The notes beneath the pieces are model-generated. The model had not been told where the DNA came from. It worked only from the letters and a program-made list of their open reading frames with translations, and ran no database searches. Position numbers and translations under genes: made by a program. Of a stretch of 64,000 nucleotides of DNA, positions 51,553-63,255 are shown piece after piece (positions within the stretch are counted from its first letter, which is position 1; each line of letters starts with the position of its first letter). The stretch is from the human T2T-CHM13v2.0 reference genome, Homo sapiens. The DNA lies in contig CP068257.2 of assembly GCA_009914755.4 (NCBI GenBank), positions 26,080,001 through 26,144,000 on the forward strand, in the 5' to 3' direction.

Positions 51553-52378
51553 TTGCTTTGGTTTTTTAGTCATGCAACTTCAGCAAAGTCTCAGGATACA
51601 AAATCAATGTGCAAAAATCACAAGCATTCCTGTACACCAATAATAGACAAACAGAGAGCCAAATCATGAGTGAACTCCCATTCACAATTGCTACAAAGAG
51701 AATACAACTTACGAGGGATGTGAAGGACCTCTTCAAGGAGAACTACAAACCATTGCACAAGGAAATAAGAGAGGACACAAACAAACAGAAAAACATTCCA
51801 TGCTCATGGATAGGAAGAATCAATATTGTGAAAATGGCCATACTGCCCAAAGTAATTTATAGATTCAATGTTATCCCCATCAAACTACCATTGACTTTCT
51901 TCACAGAATTAGAAAAAACTACTTTAAATTTTATATGGAACCAAAAAAGAGTCTGTATAGCCAAGACAATCCTAAACAAAAAGAACAAAGCTGGAGGCAT
52001 CGTGCTACCTGACTTCAAACTGTACTACAAGGCTACAGTAACAAAAACAGCATGGTACTGGTACCAAAACAGATATACGGACCAATGGAACAGAATAGAG
52101 GCCTCAGAAATAACGCCACACATTGCAACCATCTGATCTTTGACAAACCTGACAAAAACAAGCAATGGGGAAAAGATTCCCTATTTAATAAATGGTATTG
52201 GGAAAACTGGCTAGCCATATGTAGAAATCTGAAACTGGACCCCTTCCTCATACCTTATATAAAAATTAACTCAAGATGGATTAAAGACTTAAACGTAAGA
52301 TGTAAAACCATAAAAACCCTAGAAGGAAACCTAGGCAATACCATTCAGGACATAGGCATGGGCAAAGACTTCATAATT
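51553..52378 (+). mobile_element. L1 ORF2 segment (sense), ending exactly where the antisense part begins in L1 coordinates (...GKDF | MSKTPK...)
   Basis: ORFs 51609-52136 and 52052-52384: '[153 protein letters not shown]...[72 protein letters not shown]' = L1 ORF2p. Confidence 0.9.
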
Positions 52379-52423
52379 CTTTAATTCATATATTAATTCA
52401 TATATTAATATAATTCTTTAATG

Positions 52424-52495
52424 CCTACATAACAATCCTGTACATTCTGCACATGTATCCCAGAACTTAAAATATAATAAATAAATTTTAAAAAA
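52424..52495 (+). mobile_element. L1 3'-terminal ~55 bp + short A-rich tail (sense), a second inverted copy of the L1 terminus present at 50515-50590
   Basis: 'cctacataacaatcctgtacattctgcacatgtatcccagaacttaaaatataataaataaattttaaaaaa'. Confidence 0.8.
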
Positions 52496-52602
52496 GAATT
52501 ATTAATATAATCTTCTCACCACTAACAAAATAGATGGCTTCTACCTAGGGGGATGTTTACATTTTCTATTATGTATCGTACCAATAATACATGAGAAAAA
52601 CA
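52496..52602. repeat. Right arm of inverted repeat (non-L1 flank portion), partner 50405-50514
   Basis: 'gaattattaatataatcttctcaccactaacaaaatagatggcttctacctagggggatgtttacattttctattatgtatcgtaccaataatacatgagaaaaaca'. Confidence 0.85.
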
Positions 52603-52657
52603 TTTATAGTGACTTCTTTATTCCCTAGGCATTTTAATAGTCTGTATATGGAGTTGT

Positions 52658-52679
52658 AAAAAAAAAAAAAAAAAAAAAA
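52658..52679 (+). repeat. (A)22 homopolymer
   Basis: Uninterrupted A run about 165 bp downstream of the L1 terminus. Possible poly(A) of a 3'-transduced L1 insertion. Confidence 0.9.
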
Positions 52680-53114
52680 CTAAGCCATAGTCTGCTCTTG
52701 ACTAGGCCACAGAATAGTTGGCAAGACAAATGTGTAAAGAGATATGCATAATGCATTGCTGTAGACTTAATAAAATGTGGGGCAACAGTTGATGGAAAAC
52801 AAAAGAGGGAAGTACCTTGGGAGCCAGAAAAGGCTACACAGAGGAAGTGACACTTTAACTTGGTTTTGGTAGAACTTTCTAAAGGTTGAGAAAAAGTAGA
52901 AGGACAGTACAGAGACAAGACTCAGGCCAGGTACAAAACCGGGAAAGGTTCTCGGGAGTGAAAAGTCTGGCTGTGTGAGCTTCAGGCAGCCTGAGAACTT
53001 TCCATTTCATGCACAGGAAGAAAAGCAAAATTTCCAGTGAATTAACACAAAGTTTCTTTTGATTTCTTATAATGAGATAAAAGTTATAATTACACTATAC
53101 CTATACCAAGCAAT

Positions 53115-53155
53115 GTTTTTTCTCTCTTTCTCTCTCTCTCTCTTTTTCTTTTCTT
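53115..53155 (+). repeat. (CT)n / T-rich microsatellite
   Basis: 'ttttttctctctttctctctctctctctttttcttttctttg'. Confidence 0.8.
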
Positions 53156-54905
53156 TGAATCTTGTGACCAGAAGTCTGGAACACAGAGTCTATACAGAAA
53201 AAAATTTCACTGAAGCAGCTGGGTTTCAATGCTTGGTACTAAATTTCCCTAGTCTTACAATACTGTTGAACATAAATTTGGGCCTCTCCAATATTGGCAA
53301 AAGCACATTTCATGAGGGGTGTAGACCTGTAGATGTGGGAGGATGGTATTTACCTATATCGCCTTTCCATCAAGTACATTGAATGTTGGAGACCATTTAA
53401 TAATTTGGCAAGTTAGAGTCGAGGACAAGTAAAAAGACAGCACCAGAAGTCTTTGCATATTGTTATGACTAAACAATATGATACTTTTCTTACCTTTTCC
53501 TTCAAAGCTACGCATGTAAATAAAAGCAATTTCTGCATTAATAAGCCAGCCCACAATAACTGGAAATACCAATAGAAAAATTGTACACATGCTATAAAAT
53601 TGAGGAAGGAACCATTAAAATTCCTCCAAAAAGCAAGATACTGATATGCACAGTTTTAATGTTTTACAGTCTGATATTAATATCTGCAGAAATTATACAA
53701 ACAATCTTTTGGTAATAATTGACATTATAAATAGCAATATTCTCATAATCTATAATGCTCTTTATGTATCAAAAATATAGATATAATTTCATTTTTATAT
53801 AGCAACGCAACTTTTTAATCTTTATTCAGTCTCAGTTTAGCATATTGTAAAATATAATGCTACAAAACTTCCCAAGATTTATATAGTTCCTTTGCAAAGA
53901 GAACATTAAAATCACCAGATCGAACATGAAACCATCAAGAAAACACCATTTTCTAATCAGCTTCATAGTATTAGGAGAATTCCTTGGGATAACCTTGGCC
54001 CCAATTTTACCTTTTCATCTTTTTAAGAGGATACCCAGGAGCATTTACAGATATTCACAAGTAAACAAGTGTTTATCTAATTGACCATGTTTCCAGCTAC
54101 AATTCCATCTTCATTGAAAGAGAAAAAACCTCTTCCTGAGTGTCAAACCCTCCTTTGGCTCAGCATTTCTTGGAAATTAGAACAGACAGTTTGAGATCAT
54201 GTGTAATGACATAAGACAATAGAACTCTGTCATTTAAAAATCTGACCCACGGGATGACAATCTTTGAATACTGCTTTGGAGATTTATTTTCTCATTAGAA
54301 TCTGCTTTATTTTTATAATTTCCTACAGGAACCATTCAGGACCGTACAAGGTTCAAAAGGAAGGGCAAAAAAAGAAATTCTTTTGGAGTTTTCTCCTGTG
54401 AAAGTATCTCTATGACACCATGGTTATTTTAAGGGACAAATTGTAATTGTAGAGAAGAACAAGGTCATATTGAATTAAAGTAAATTATTCTGAAACAATT
54501 TCAGCATATGATAAAATGGTTTTGAAGAAATATTCTCATCTGTACGTTAATGAAAAACATTTAAAAAATCTAGAACCCACATTGTGTGAGCATGTCTATT
54601 GACAGAAGGAAATTAAAAAGAAAATGAAGGCTTGTGAATTAGAAAATAATAATCTGAGTGATTAGAGTTTTATACCCTCAAGCAGTATTCAAACACAAGT
54701 AAATCAAATCTGATGTAGGTAAGAAGTTTTAGGACGGATGGTAAAAATGAGATCACACCGAATGTCCATGGAAATGTTGGAATTACGAATTCTTGCCTCT
54801 TTTAGTTCCAAAGGGCCAGTTTTCGGGGATGGAAGCGAACATATATTCATGAAAATCTTCAAACAGGCCATGTTTCTGTCTTAAAAGCTCCAGAATAAAA
54901 GATCT

Positions 54906-54934
54906 TTGTGTGTGTGTGTGTGTGTGTGTGTGTT
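54906..54934 (+). repeat. (GT)14 microsatellite
   Basis: 'tgtgtgtgtgtgtgtgtgtgtgtgtgtt'. Confidence 0.95.
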
Positions 54935-57900
54935 TTAGAATAATATGAGTCCAAGGTAGGAAGGAACATATTGTTTCATGTAACAATAAGAATGGAAATT
55001 GATTTGTTTCTCACTTCCTGAATTTTCCTGAACTCATCTTTATCTAGTCATCTGACTCATTTCCTTGCCTAAATTAGAATGAAACTTGAACATTATTTAT
55101 AATTTTATTCAGGCTAAAATTAATTCTGTGGAAAGGTCAAGTTTCCTATGACACATTCCTCTTTCTTTGAGCTGGAAGTTGCTATAGTCGCATCGCTTCT
55201 CCTGAAGGAAATTAGACCAGATTGGCCTATCACATTTTCTTCTGTGGAGAAGCTTAACATGCTTAATGCAGAAAAAGTTTAGGAAGATTTAAAAAGAAAT
55301 GCTAAGTGTAAATTGCAAAGTCATAAATACTATTAATAAATCAATACAAATTGAAATTGATAAAAAATGTTATCCAAACAGCTTGATAACAAAAGTATCA
55401 AATCTAATACTCCAAAGCAAATATTTCCCTTTAAAAATCATAGTATTGATATTCAGAAGAGACCTGAATATTTTTTTTGACCACAGTAAGAGCAGAGATA
55501 CAATTGTAGTGGTAGAGACAGAAAATTCTTATTGATGTTTTTCTGTTAAAAAGATCCTGAAATCTAAAATCTGTTCTGGTCTTATTATTGCCACATTGCA
55601 AAAACTGTAATATGTAAAAGATACTCACTCCTAAATTGTTAAATTGAAAATAGCAACACCATTACAAATTAGCTGGGTCAGAGACTAAGCTTGGAGTGCT
55701 CCATAAGTTGACTTGGCAACTTTCATCTCCTGAATTGAGAAACTAATCTGTGTCATTTAAGAAATTGCTTGGGAATATTTGTTCAGCAATAATCCCCTCC
55801 TGGTTGCCACACACTCCCCAAAATGCCATGATTTTATGTATAATGAGAGGCTGAAATGATCCAAGAATCTTGGATTTGTCCCAACACCTAGTGAGCTTGG
55901 CCTGAAACATAAGAATGTTGGATCAGAAAAGAACCTCAAAATTGCAACTGAATGTCATCTTGACTTCTCTGTAGCAAGGAGATAATTGTTAGGCAATGTC
56001 AAAGAAATTAAAATAAAGCAAATAAAATATTAATGCTAAATATATAATTGACTGATTATTTATAAATATCTTCCAGATTCATTATGGCATAAAGAACATA
56101 TAGCCTTCCCATTTGGAATATATGACATTGTAGGATAGAGAGATAATATAAGGAAACAGAATACTGGAAGAATAGTGGTGATATCATCAGAAAGGGTAAA
56201 ATTTGACATGGTAAATAGTTTGGAAGATAAATATAATTTATTCAATTTAGATTTAGTGAGCTCATGCTAATAAAGAGGCATTTTAGTGGAATATTCCATA
56301 GGTAAGTGGAATTACCAAACTACAGCTTCAGGGAGTTTGGAAGTAGAGATATACCTTTAAAATCTTGAAGACAGATGTAGTTAGTTTTGCCATGCATCTC
56401 TTTAGGGGATAGAAAGTAAACCAGTGAAGGACTAGGCAAACCTCTGGAAGCAGCAGAATTGTGAGCTTATAGAAGTTGAATAAGCACAGTGTGATTTCAT
56501 AGAGCCTAAGGAGCTCACAAAAGATAAATTCTGTAACTGTGTCTCCTGAGTTTGAAGCAGGTTTAAGACCATAGGATTTGAGAAGAACCACGTTGAATTT
56601 TGTGAGTGTGATTTCCACTGAATGTTGTGAGTAGCAACCAGACTTCAAGGCATTAAAGAGGAAATAAATGTTGCCAAAATGACTAATAGAAATACACCAC
56701 TAATATGAGATATTCTATAAGAAAACATAGCTGGGGAAAGATAATTCTGCTTTTAAAAAAGTATTTACTTGTTTTATTGTTTTTTGATGTAGAAGAAATC
56801 TCAACTTCTTTACAGACAGGGATAAAAAATCTATTTTCAGTATAGATTTGAGAATGTGTCGGCTAAAGAAGCAACAATTTAATGAACAACAAATATTAGG
56901 CAATGTCTTATTTCTTCTCCAGAAAAAAACAATTCTTCTATTCCCCGTGTTTTACAGGGGTGGGGGTCTTTATGCTTGCCAGTTTCTGTAGCCAGATAGC
57001 TATTCTTCCCCTGTTATTCATTAATATGCTCTGTCCTACGATCTAAATGATTCACATACTGTTCATTATAGCTAGCCTGTTCTTCATTGCTCTAAATTTC
57101 AAGGATATTTGACCACTTTCCTCATGTACCTTTAGTATTTCCTTGACTCTGTGCTTAAGGAGGCACTATCTCATCTTTTAAAATGCTTTTAACTCTTGTG
57201 TTTCCTCTAAAATTTTTGTTTCTGTGAAATAGCATCTTCCTTAAAAAGTGTCTTTTATCTTTTCTGATAGAATTCTATATCAGTTGATTTTGCTATTTTT
57301 TTTTTGGTTATTGAAAATACTAAAAAGGACAGATTGTAATACAACAGAACATAATACTTGCACGTAACTTAGTAAAGCCAGTTACAGGGAGGCAAGATTA
57401 AAGTGATAGCAATGTTTAGCCATTTTAATGCAAGGGTTAAAATGTTTGCATTCAAATCAGTGAAGAACTTTACTTTCTTTCTTAAAATTTTGAAACACAC
57501 AGCTCAAGGTTTTATTTCCTGACAAGTGTTTCTGTCATTCTATGCCATTGCTTAATTCTTTGTCATTAGTTGAGATCAGAGCCATATGCTTTGAAACCAA
57601 ATAATCAAGTGGCAGGGTTCAAATTCTGTTTTGAAAGCTGTCACCTGATGTGAAATTTGGGGTAACATTTTTAACCTAATTATAAAGCAAAGCCAGATTC
57701 TATAAAAGGAAAAAGAAGAGGTAATGATAGAGGACATTAATAGATTATATAATAATTACACGATAATATATATGATATAATAATCTTATATAATCATTCA
57801 CTAATGTCCATATGTACTAGGTATGTAATCCACTACTATTCTTGAGGTACTGGGCCCTGTGATTTTGATGCTCATTTTTTCTTCCTACTTCACTGGAGAG

Positions 57901-57939
57901 AGAGAGGTGATCAGCTGGAATTTCCTCATAAGATGCTCA

Positions 57940-58420
57940 TAGTGTGTGTACCTACGTGTATATATATTTTTTATATTATATATATGTGTGTGTGTGTATA
58001 TATATATACACATATGTACACACTGAGAATATATATATATTTTATATTATACATGTGTGTATATATATACACATATGTACACAAACCATAGTATATATAT
58101 GCATTATAGGCTATCAGCAGTTAAGTTTGGGGCTAATATATATACATAGTATCTAGATATAGTGCATATATATTCTATGTATAGTGTGTGTGTATATGTC
58201 TGTGTACATACATATATATGTGTATATATGTACTATGTATAGTATATATAGTATATATGTGTAAAAGTGCATATATATACATTCTGTGTGTATATATACT
58301 AAATATAGTATATACATATGTATGTACATATACAAATACATATATACACAGTACAGTATATAAGTAAGTATATATGTATAAAAATACATACACAGTATAC
58401 ATACAAATATATTGTATTGC
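57940..58420. repeat. ~480-bp complex (TA)n/(TG)n/(CA)n-rich simple-repeat block with internal 20-60 bp direct repeats
   Basis: 'gtgtgtgtacctacgtgtatatatatttt...atatatatacacatatgtacaca' occurs twice. Track ORFs here are Tyr/Ile/Cys/His-rich artefacts. Confidence 0.9.
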
Positions 58421-58901
58421 ATAAGTCCACTTGTATGTGGATTTTCTTCCTTCTCTGTCATCCCTGAGAGAGAAAGATCAACCCTTCCTCTTCCTGCTCT
58501 TCCTTAACCTAATCAACATGAAGACTATAAGAATGAAAACCTTTATGATGATTCATTTCTACTTAATAAATAGCAAATATATTTTTCTTCCTTTTTATTT
58601 TCTAAATAACATTTTCTTTTCTCTAGCTTACTTTATTGTAAAAGTACGCTATAGAAAACATAATTTACAAAATATGTGTTAATTGTGTATGTTATTGTAT
58701 TGATAAGACTTCTGGTTAATAGTAGGCTATCAGTAGTTAAGTTTGGGGATATCAAAAGTTATACACAAATCTTCCACTACATGTGTGGGAGTGTTGACAC
58801 CCCCAACCCTGCATTGCTCATGGGTTAATATCTTAGAATGTTTGTGTTGCTCTAAGGAAATATCTGAAACTGGGTAACTTATATTTCAAGAAATGTTAAA
58901 G

Positions 58902-59232
<331 letters not shown>

Positions 59233-59234
59233 TC

Positions 59235-59600
59235 AGAGAACATGGCTCATAATTCTGCTGGCTGAAACGTTGATAATTTATCTGGTGAGAGCCTCAGGCT
59301 GCTTTCACTCATGGCAGAAGGCAAAGGGGAGCCAGCACGTGCAGAGATCACACGGTAAGAGAAGCAAGGGAGAAGGAGATTCCGTGGTCTTTTTAATAAC
59401 CAGCTGCTCTCATGAGAACTCATTAAGTGAGAACTCAGTCACTTCCTTCCACCTGAAGGAAGTATTAACCTATTCATAAGTGATCTTTCCCCATGACCCA
59501 AGTACTTCCCATTAGAACTCACCTCCAACATTGAGATTAAATGTCAACATGAGGTTTGGGGAACAAACATCCAACCTCTAGCAGTCAACTCTACATATCT
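59235..59600 (-). mobile_element. ERVL-MaLR solo LTR (MST/THE1-like), antisense
   Basis: '...gagcctcaggctgctttcactcatggcagaaggcaaagggg...gtggtctttttaataaccagctgctctcatgagaactcattaagtgagaactcagtcacttccttccacctgaaggaagtattaacctattcataagtgatctttccccatgacccaagtacttcccattagaactcacctccaacattgagattaaatgtcaacatgaggtttggggaacaaacatccaacc'. Confidence 0.7.
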
Positions 59601-61660
59601 TAACTTGGAGAGAAAACAAACTAGGGAGGGCGGCGCAAGATGGCTGAATAGAAGCTTATATCATTCGTCACCCCCACAAGAATACCAAATTGTTACAACT
59701 AAATGTGCACAAAAGCACCAACACAAGAACCAAAAATCAGGTGAGCAATCACAGGACTTGATTTTAACTTCACTGAAAGAGACATGAAGAAGTCAGGAAA
59801 GACAGTCATGAAGTGTCAATTCCACTCCACTTCATCCCCAGATTCTCAGCAGCCTCGGAGCACAGAGAATCTGTGCACTTGGGAGAGAGAGATAGTGCAG
59901 TGATTGTGAGGCTTTGCATTGAACTCAGTGCTACCCTGTCATAGCAGAAAGCAGAACCGGGCTGTACTAAGCTGACATGCACACACAGAGGAAGCATTTG
60001 GAACAGCTCTGGCCAGAGGGGAGTTGCCCATCTCAGAGGTCAGAACTTGAGTTCCACCAAAAAGCCTCACCGTCATTGATTGGCTAGTGAGCTCTGGGGC
60101 TCTAAGTAAACTTGAGGCACAGTCTAGGCCACGAAGACTGCAATTTTTGGCAAGTGCTAGTGCTGAGTTGGGCTCAGAGCCAGTGGACTGGGGGAGAGTC
60201 ATGTGATCTACTGAGACACGAGCCAAGGCAGCTAAGGGAGTGCTTGCCCCACTCCTTCCACCCTTGCAGCAGCCACGTGGCACAGAGAAATCTGTGCACG
60301 TGGGTAAGCGAGAGCACAGTGCCTGGGGGACTATACTTTGAACTTAGGGCTGCCTTAGAATGGCGAAGACCTGGCAAGATTCATCACCTGCTTACTAAAG
60401 AGCACCTGGCCCCTAAATAATTAACAGAGGTAACCAGGTCTGGGGCTCTGAGACATGCTGGCTTCAAGTGTGACCCAGCACACTTTCAGCTGCGGTGGCT
60501 ACAGTGCAAGTCTCCTTCTGTTTGAGAAAAGCAGGGGAAAAAGAGGACTCCGTCATCCACCTTAGATACCAGCTTGGCCACAGCGGGGTAGATCACCAAG
60601 TAGGATCTTGGGATCCCTGAGTCAAGGCTCAGGCTCTTGGTAATCATTGCTGGACCTCTTATGGAATAGAGGGGAGCCCACTGCCCTGAAGTTTGAGCCC
60701 CAGGCCTGGGAGCTTTGACCACGAGCTGACAGAAGAGTCCCTGGACTTTGAGTGAACCTCAGTGGTGGCCTGGCAGAAAGCCCCATGGGCTGGTGGTGGT
60801 AGTGGCCATAAGGAGAGGATCCTCTGCTTGTGTAAAGGGAAAAGAAAAGTGGGAAAAACTTTTTCTGGAGGTTTTCATGCCAGTTTAGCCACAGTAGAAT
60901 AAAACACTAGGTACATTTCTAAGGCTTTTTTATTTTAATTTCTGGCTCCCAGACACCATCTCTGGACCCACTCAGGGGTTAGGAAAATTCATCATCCTGA
61001 ATGGGGGGAAACCAACCTGGCTGACTTTGCCACCTGTTGAAAATAGGGCCCCAGAGCCCCCATGTGACCTTAAATGGTAGCCAGGGAGTGGTTACATACA
61101 GTGAGACCCAGTGCTGTGCTGGCTTCAGGTCTGAACCAGCTCAGTCTCGGTGGTGACACCACAGAGGTTCTCATGTTCTGCTATCCCCAGTTCCAGGAGG
61201 CTCAGTGTAGAGTAAGGGAAAAGAACAAGAGTCTCTGCCTGATAATCCAGAGAATTCTTCCGGATTTTATCCAAGACAAGCAAGGCAGTACTTCTATGCA
61301 TCTGCAAGAACCGCAGCATTATTGGGTTTGGGACCCAAGTCCCTTAGAATATCTGGAAAGCCTTCCCAGGAAAGACAGTTACAAACAAGCCCAGACTGCA
61401 AAAACTACAATGAATACCTAACTCTTCAATGTCCAGACAATGACAAACATCTACAAGCACCAACACCATACAGGAAAGCAGGACCTCAGCAAATGAGGTC
61501 ATAGGTTCATTGCCCCCTCTGTTAACCTGTTATTTACCTGGTATGGAAATAGGGTGCTGCTGAGCAGAAATGAGCAGTGGGAACACTTCTTTCCCCTCGG
61601 AAAACAGGAGAAAGAAGTGCTAACAGCATCTGGGGTAAACTGCACTAAAAACCTTGCTCT

Positions 61661-61706
61661 AGGCTGGTTGCGGTGGCTCACGCCTGTAATCCCAGCACTT
61701 TGGGAA
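61661..61706 (+). mobile_element. Alu 5' fragment (~45 bp)
   Basis: 'ggctggttgcggtggctcacgcctgtaatcccagcactttgggaag'. Confidence 0.7.
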
Positions 61707-61737
61707 GACGTTTACAACCTTTAAAACAGAGGTTTCA

Positions 61738-62038
61738 GGCCAGGCATGGTGGCTTATGCCTATAATCCTAGCACTTTGGGAAGCCGAAGTGGGCGGATCA
61801 CGAGGTCAGGAGATCGAGACCATCCTGACTAACACGGTGAAACCCCATCTCTACTAAAAATACAAAAAATTAGCTGGGTGTGGTGGCACGTGCCTATAGT
61901 CCTAATTATTCAGGAGGCTAAGGCAGGAGAATTGCTTGAGCCTGGGAGGTGAAGGTTTCAGTAGGCCGAGATTGCACCACTGCACTCCAGCCTGGGCGAC
62001 AGAGTGATACTCCATCTCAATAAAAACAAAACAAAATA
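61738..62038 (+). mobile_element. Alu SINE, full length, sense, with TSD 'aaaacagaggt'
   Basis: 'ggccaggcatggtggcttatgcctataatcctagcactttgggaagccgaagtgggcggatcacgaggtcaggagatcgagaccatcctgactaacacggtgaaacccc...cactccagcctgggcgacagagtgatactccatctcaataaaaacaaaacaaaataaaa'. Confidence 0.95.
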
Positions 62039-62966
62039 AAACAGAGGTATCAAAATAGCTACGTTGAGGAAACTCAGAGAAATTCAACATAACATAGAGA
62101 AGAAATTCAGAATTCTGGCAGATAACTTTAGCAAGGATATTGAAATTATTACGAAGAATTGAGCAGAAATTCTAGAGATGAAAATGCATTTGACATAATG
62201 AAGAATGCATCAAAGTCACTTAATAGCAGAACTGATGAAGCAGAAAAAGGAATTAGTGATCTTGAAAACAGGCTATTTGAAAATACAGTGAGAAAAGACA
62301 AAAGAAAAAAATGAAAAACAGTAAAGTTCACATAGAAGATCTAGAAAATAGCCTTAAAAGGGCAAACCTAAGAATGACTGGCCATAAAGAGGAGGTAGAA
62401 AAAGAGATATGGGCAGAAAGCTTATTGAGAGGGATAATATCAGATAACTTCCCAAACCTAGAGAAAGATATCAATATCGATGTAAGAGATACCAAGCAGA
62501 TTTAACCCAAAGAAGACTACCTGAAGGCATTTAATAATCAAACTCCCAGACCTCAAAGATAAAGAAAGGACCGTAAAAGCAGCAAGAGAAAAGAAACAAA
62601 TAACATACAATGGTGGTCCAAAGTCCATTTGGCAGCAGGCTTTTCACTGGAAACTTATGGCATGATATATTTAAAGTGCTAAAGGGAAAAACTTTTATCT
62701 TTGAAAAGTACAACCAGTGAAAATATCCTTTAAACATTAAGAAGAAATAAAGATCTTCTCAGACAATCAGCAGCTGAGGGATTTCATCACCACCAGACAC
62801 TGCCCATAAGAACTGCTAAAGGGAGTACTTCAATCTGAAAGAAATGAGCATTCATGAACAATAAGAAATAATCTGAAGATAATATACAAAAAATACTCCA
62901 CGGAATATTATAGCACTATAATTGTGGTGTGTAAAATAACTTTATCTTTTGTTTTGTTTGTTTTGT

Positions 62967-63255
62967 TTTTGAGACAGATTCTCACTCACTCTGTTGCCCA
63001 GGCTGGAGTGCAGTGACGCACCTCAGCTCGCTGTAACCTCTGCCTCCCAGCTTCAAAGTATTATCCTGCCTAAGCCTCCCTAGTAGCTGGGATTACAGGC
63101 CTGTGCCACCATGCCCAGCTAATTTTTGTATTTTTATTAGAGACAGGGTTTCATCATGTTGGCCTGGCAGGTCTCGAACCCCTGACCTCAAGTGATCCAC
63201 CCACCTCAGCCTCCCAAAGTGCTAGGATTACAGGCATGAGCTGCCATGCCTGGCC
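62967..63255 (-). mobile_element. Alu SINE, antisense, with ~15-bp TSD
   Basis: 'tttgagacagattctcactcactctgttgcccaggctggagtgcagtgacgcacctcagctcgctgtaacctctgcctcccag...gtgctaggattacaggcatgagctgccatgcctggcc'. TSD 'aaaat.ac.ttatctt'. Confidence 0.95.

Noticed and set aside
50405-52602. Interpreting the inverted ~185-bp arms as a twin-priming target-site duplication
   Set aside because: TSDs from target-primed reverse transcription are direct repeats of target DNA only. Here the arms are inverted and include the L1 terminus and A-tail. Mechanism left open.
57940-58460. Overlapping 70-100 aa ORFs on both strands (Y/I/C/H/T-rich) that could mimic a repetitive protein
   Set aside because: They are translations of a (TA/TG/CA)n compound microsatellite. 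Composition-driven artefacts.
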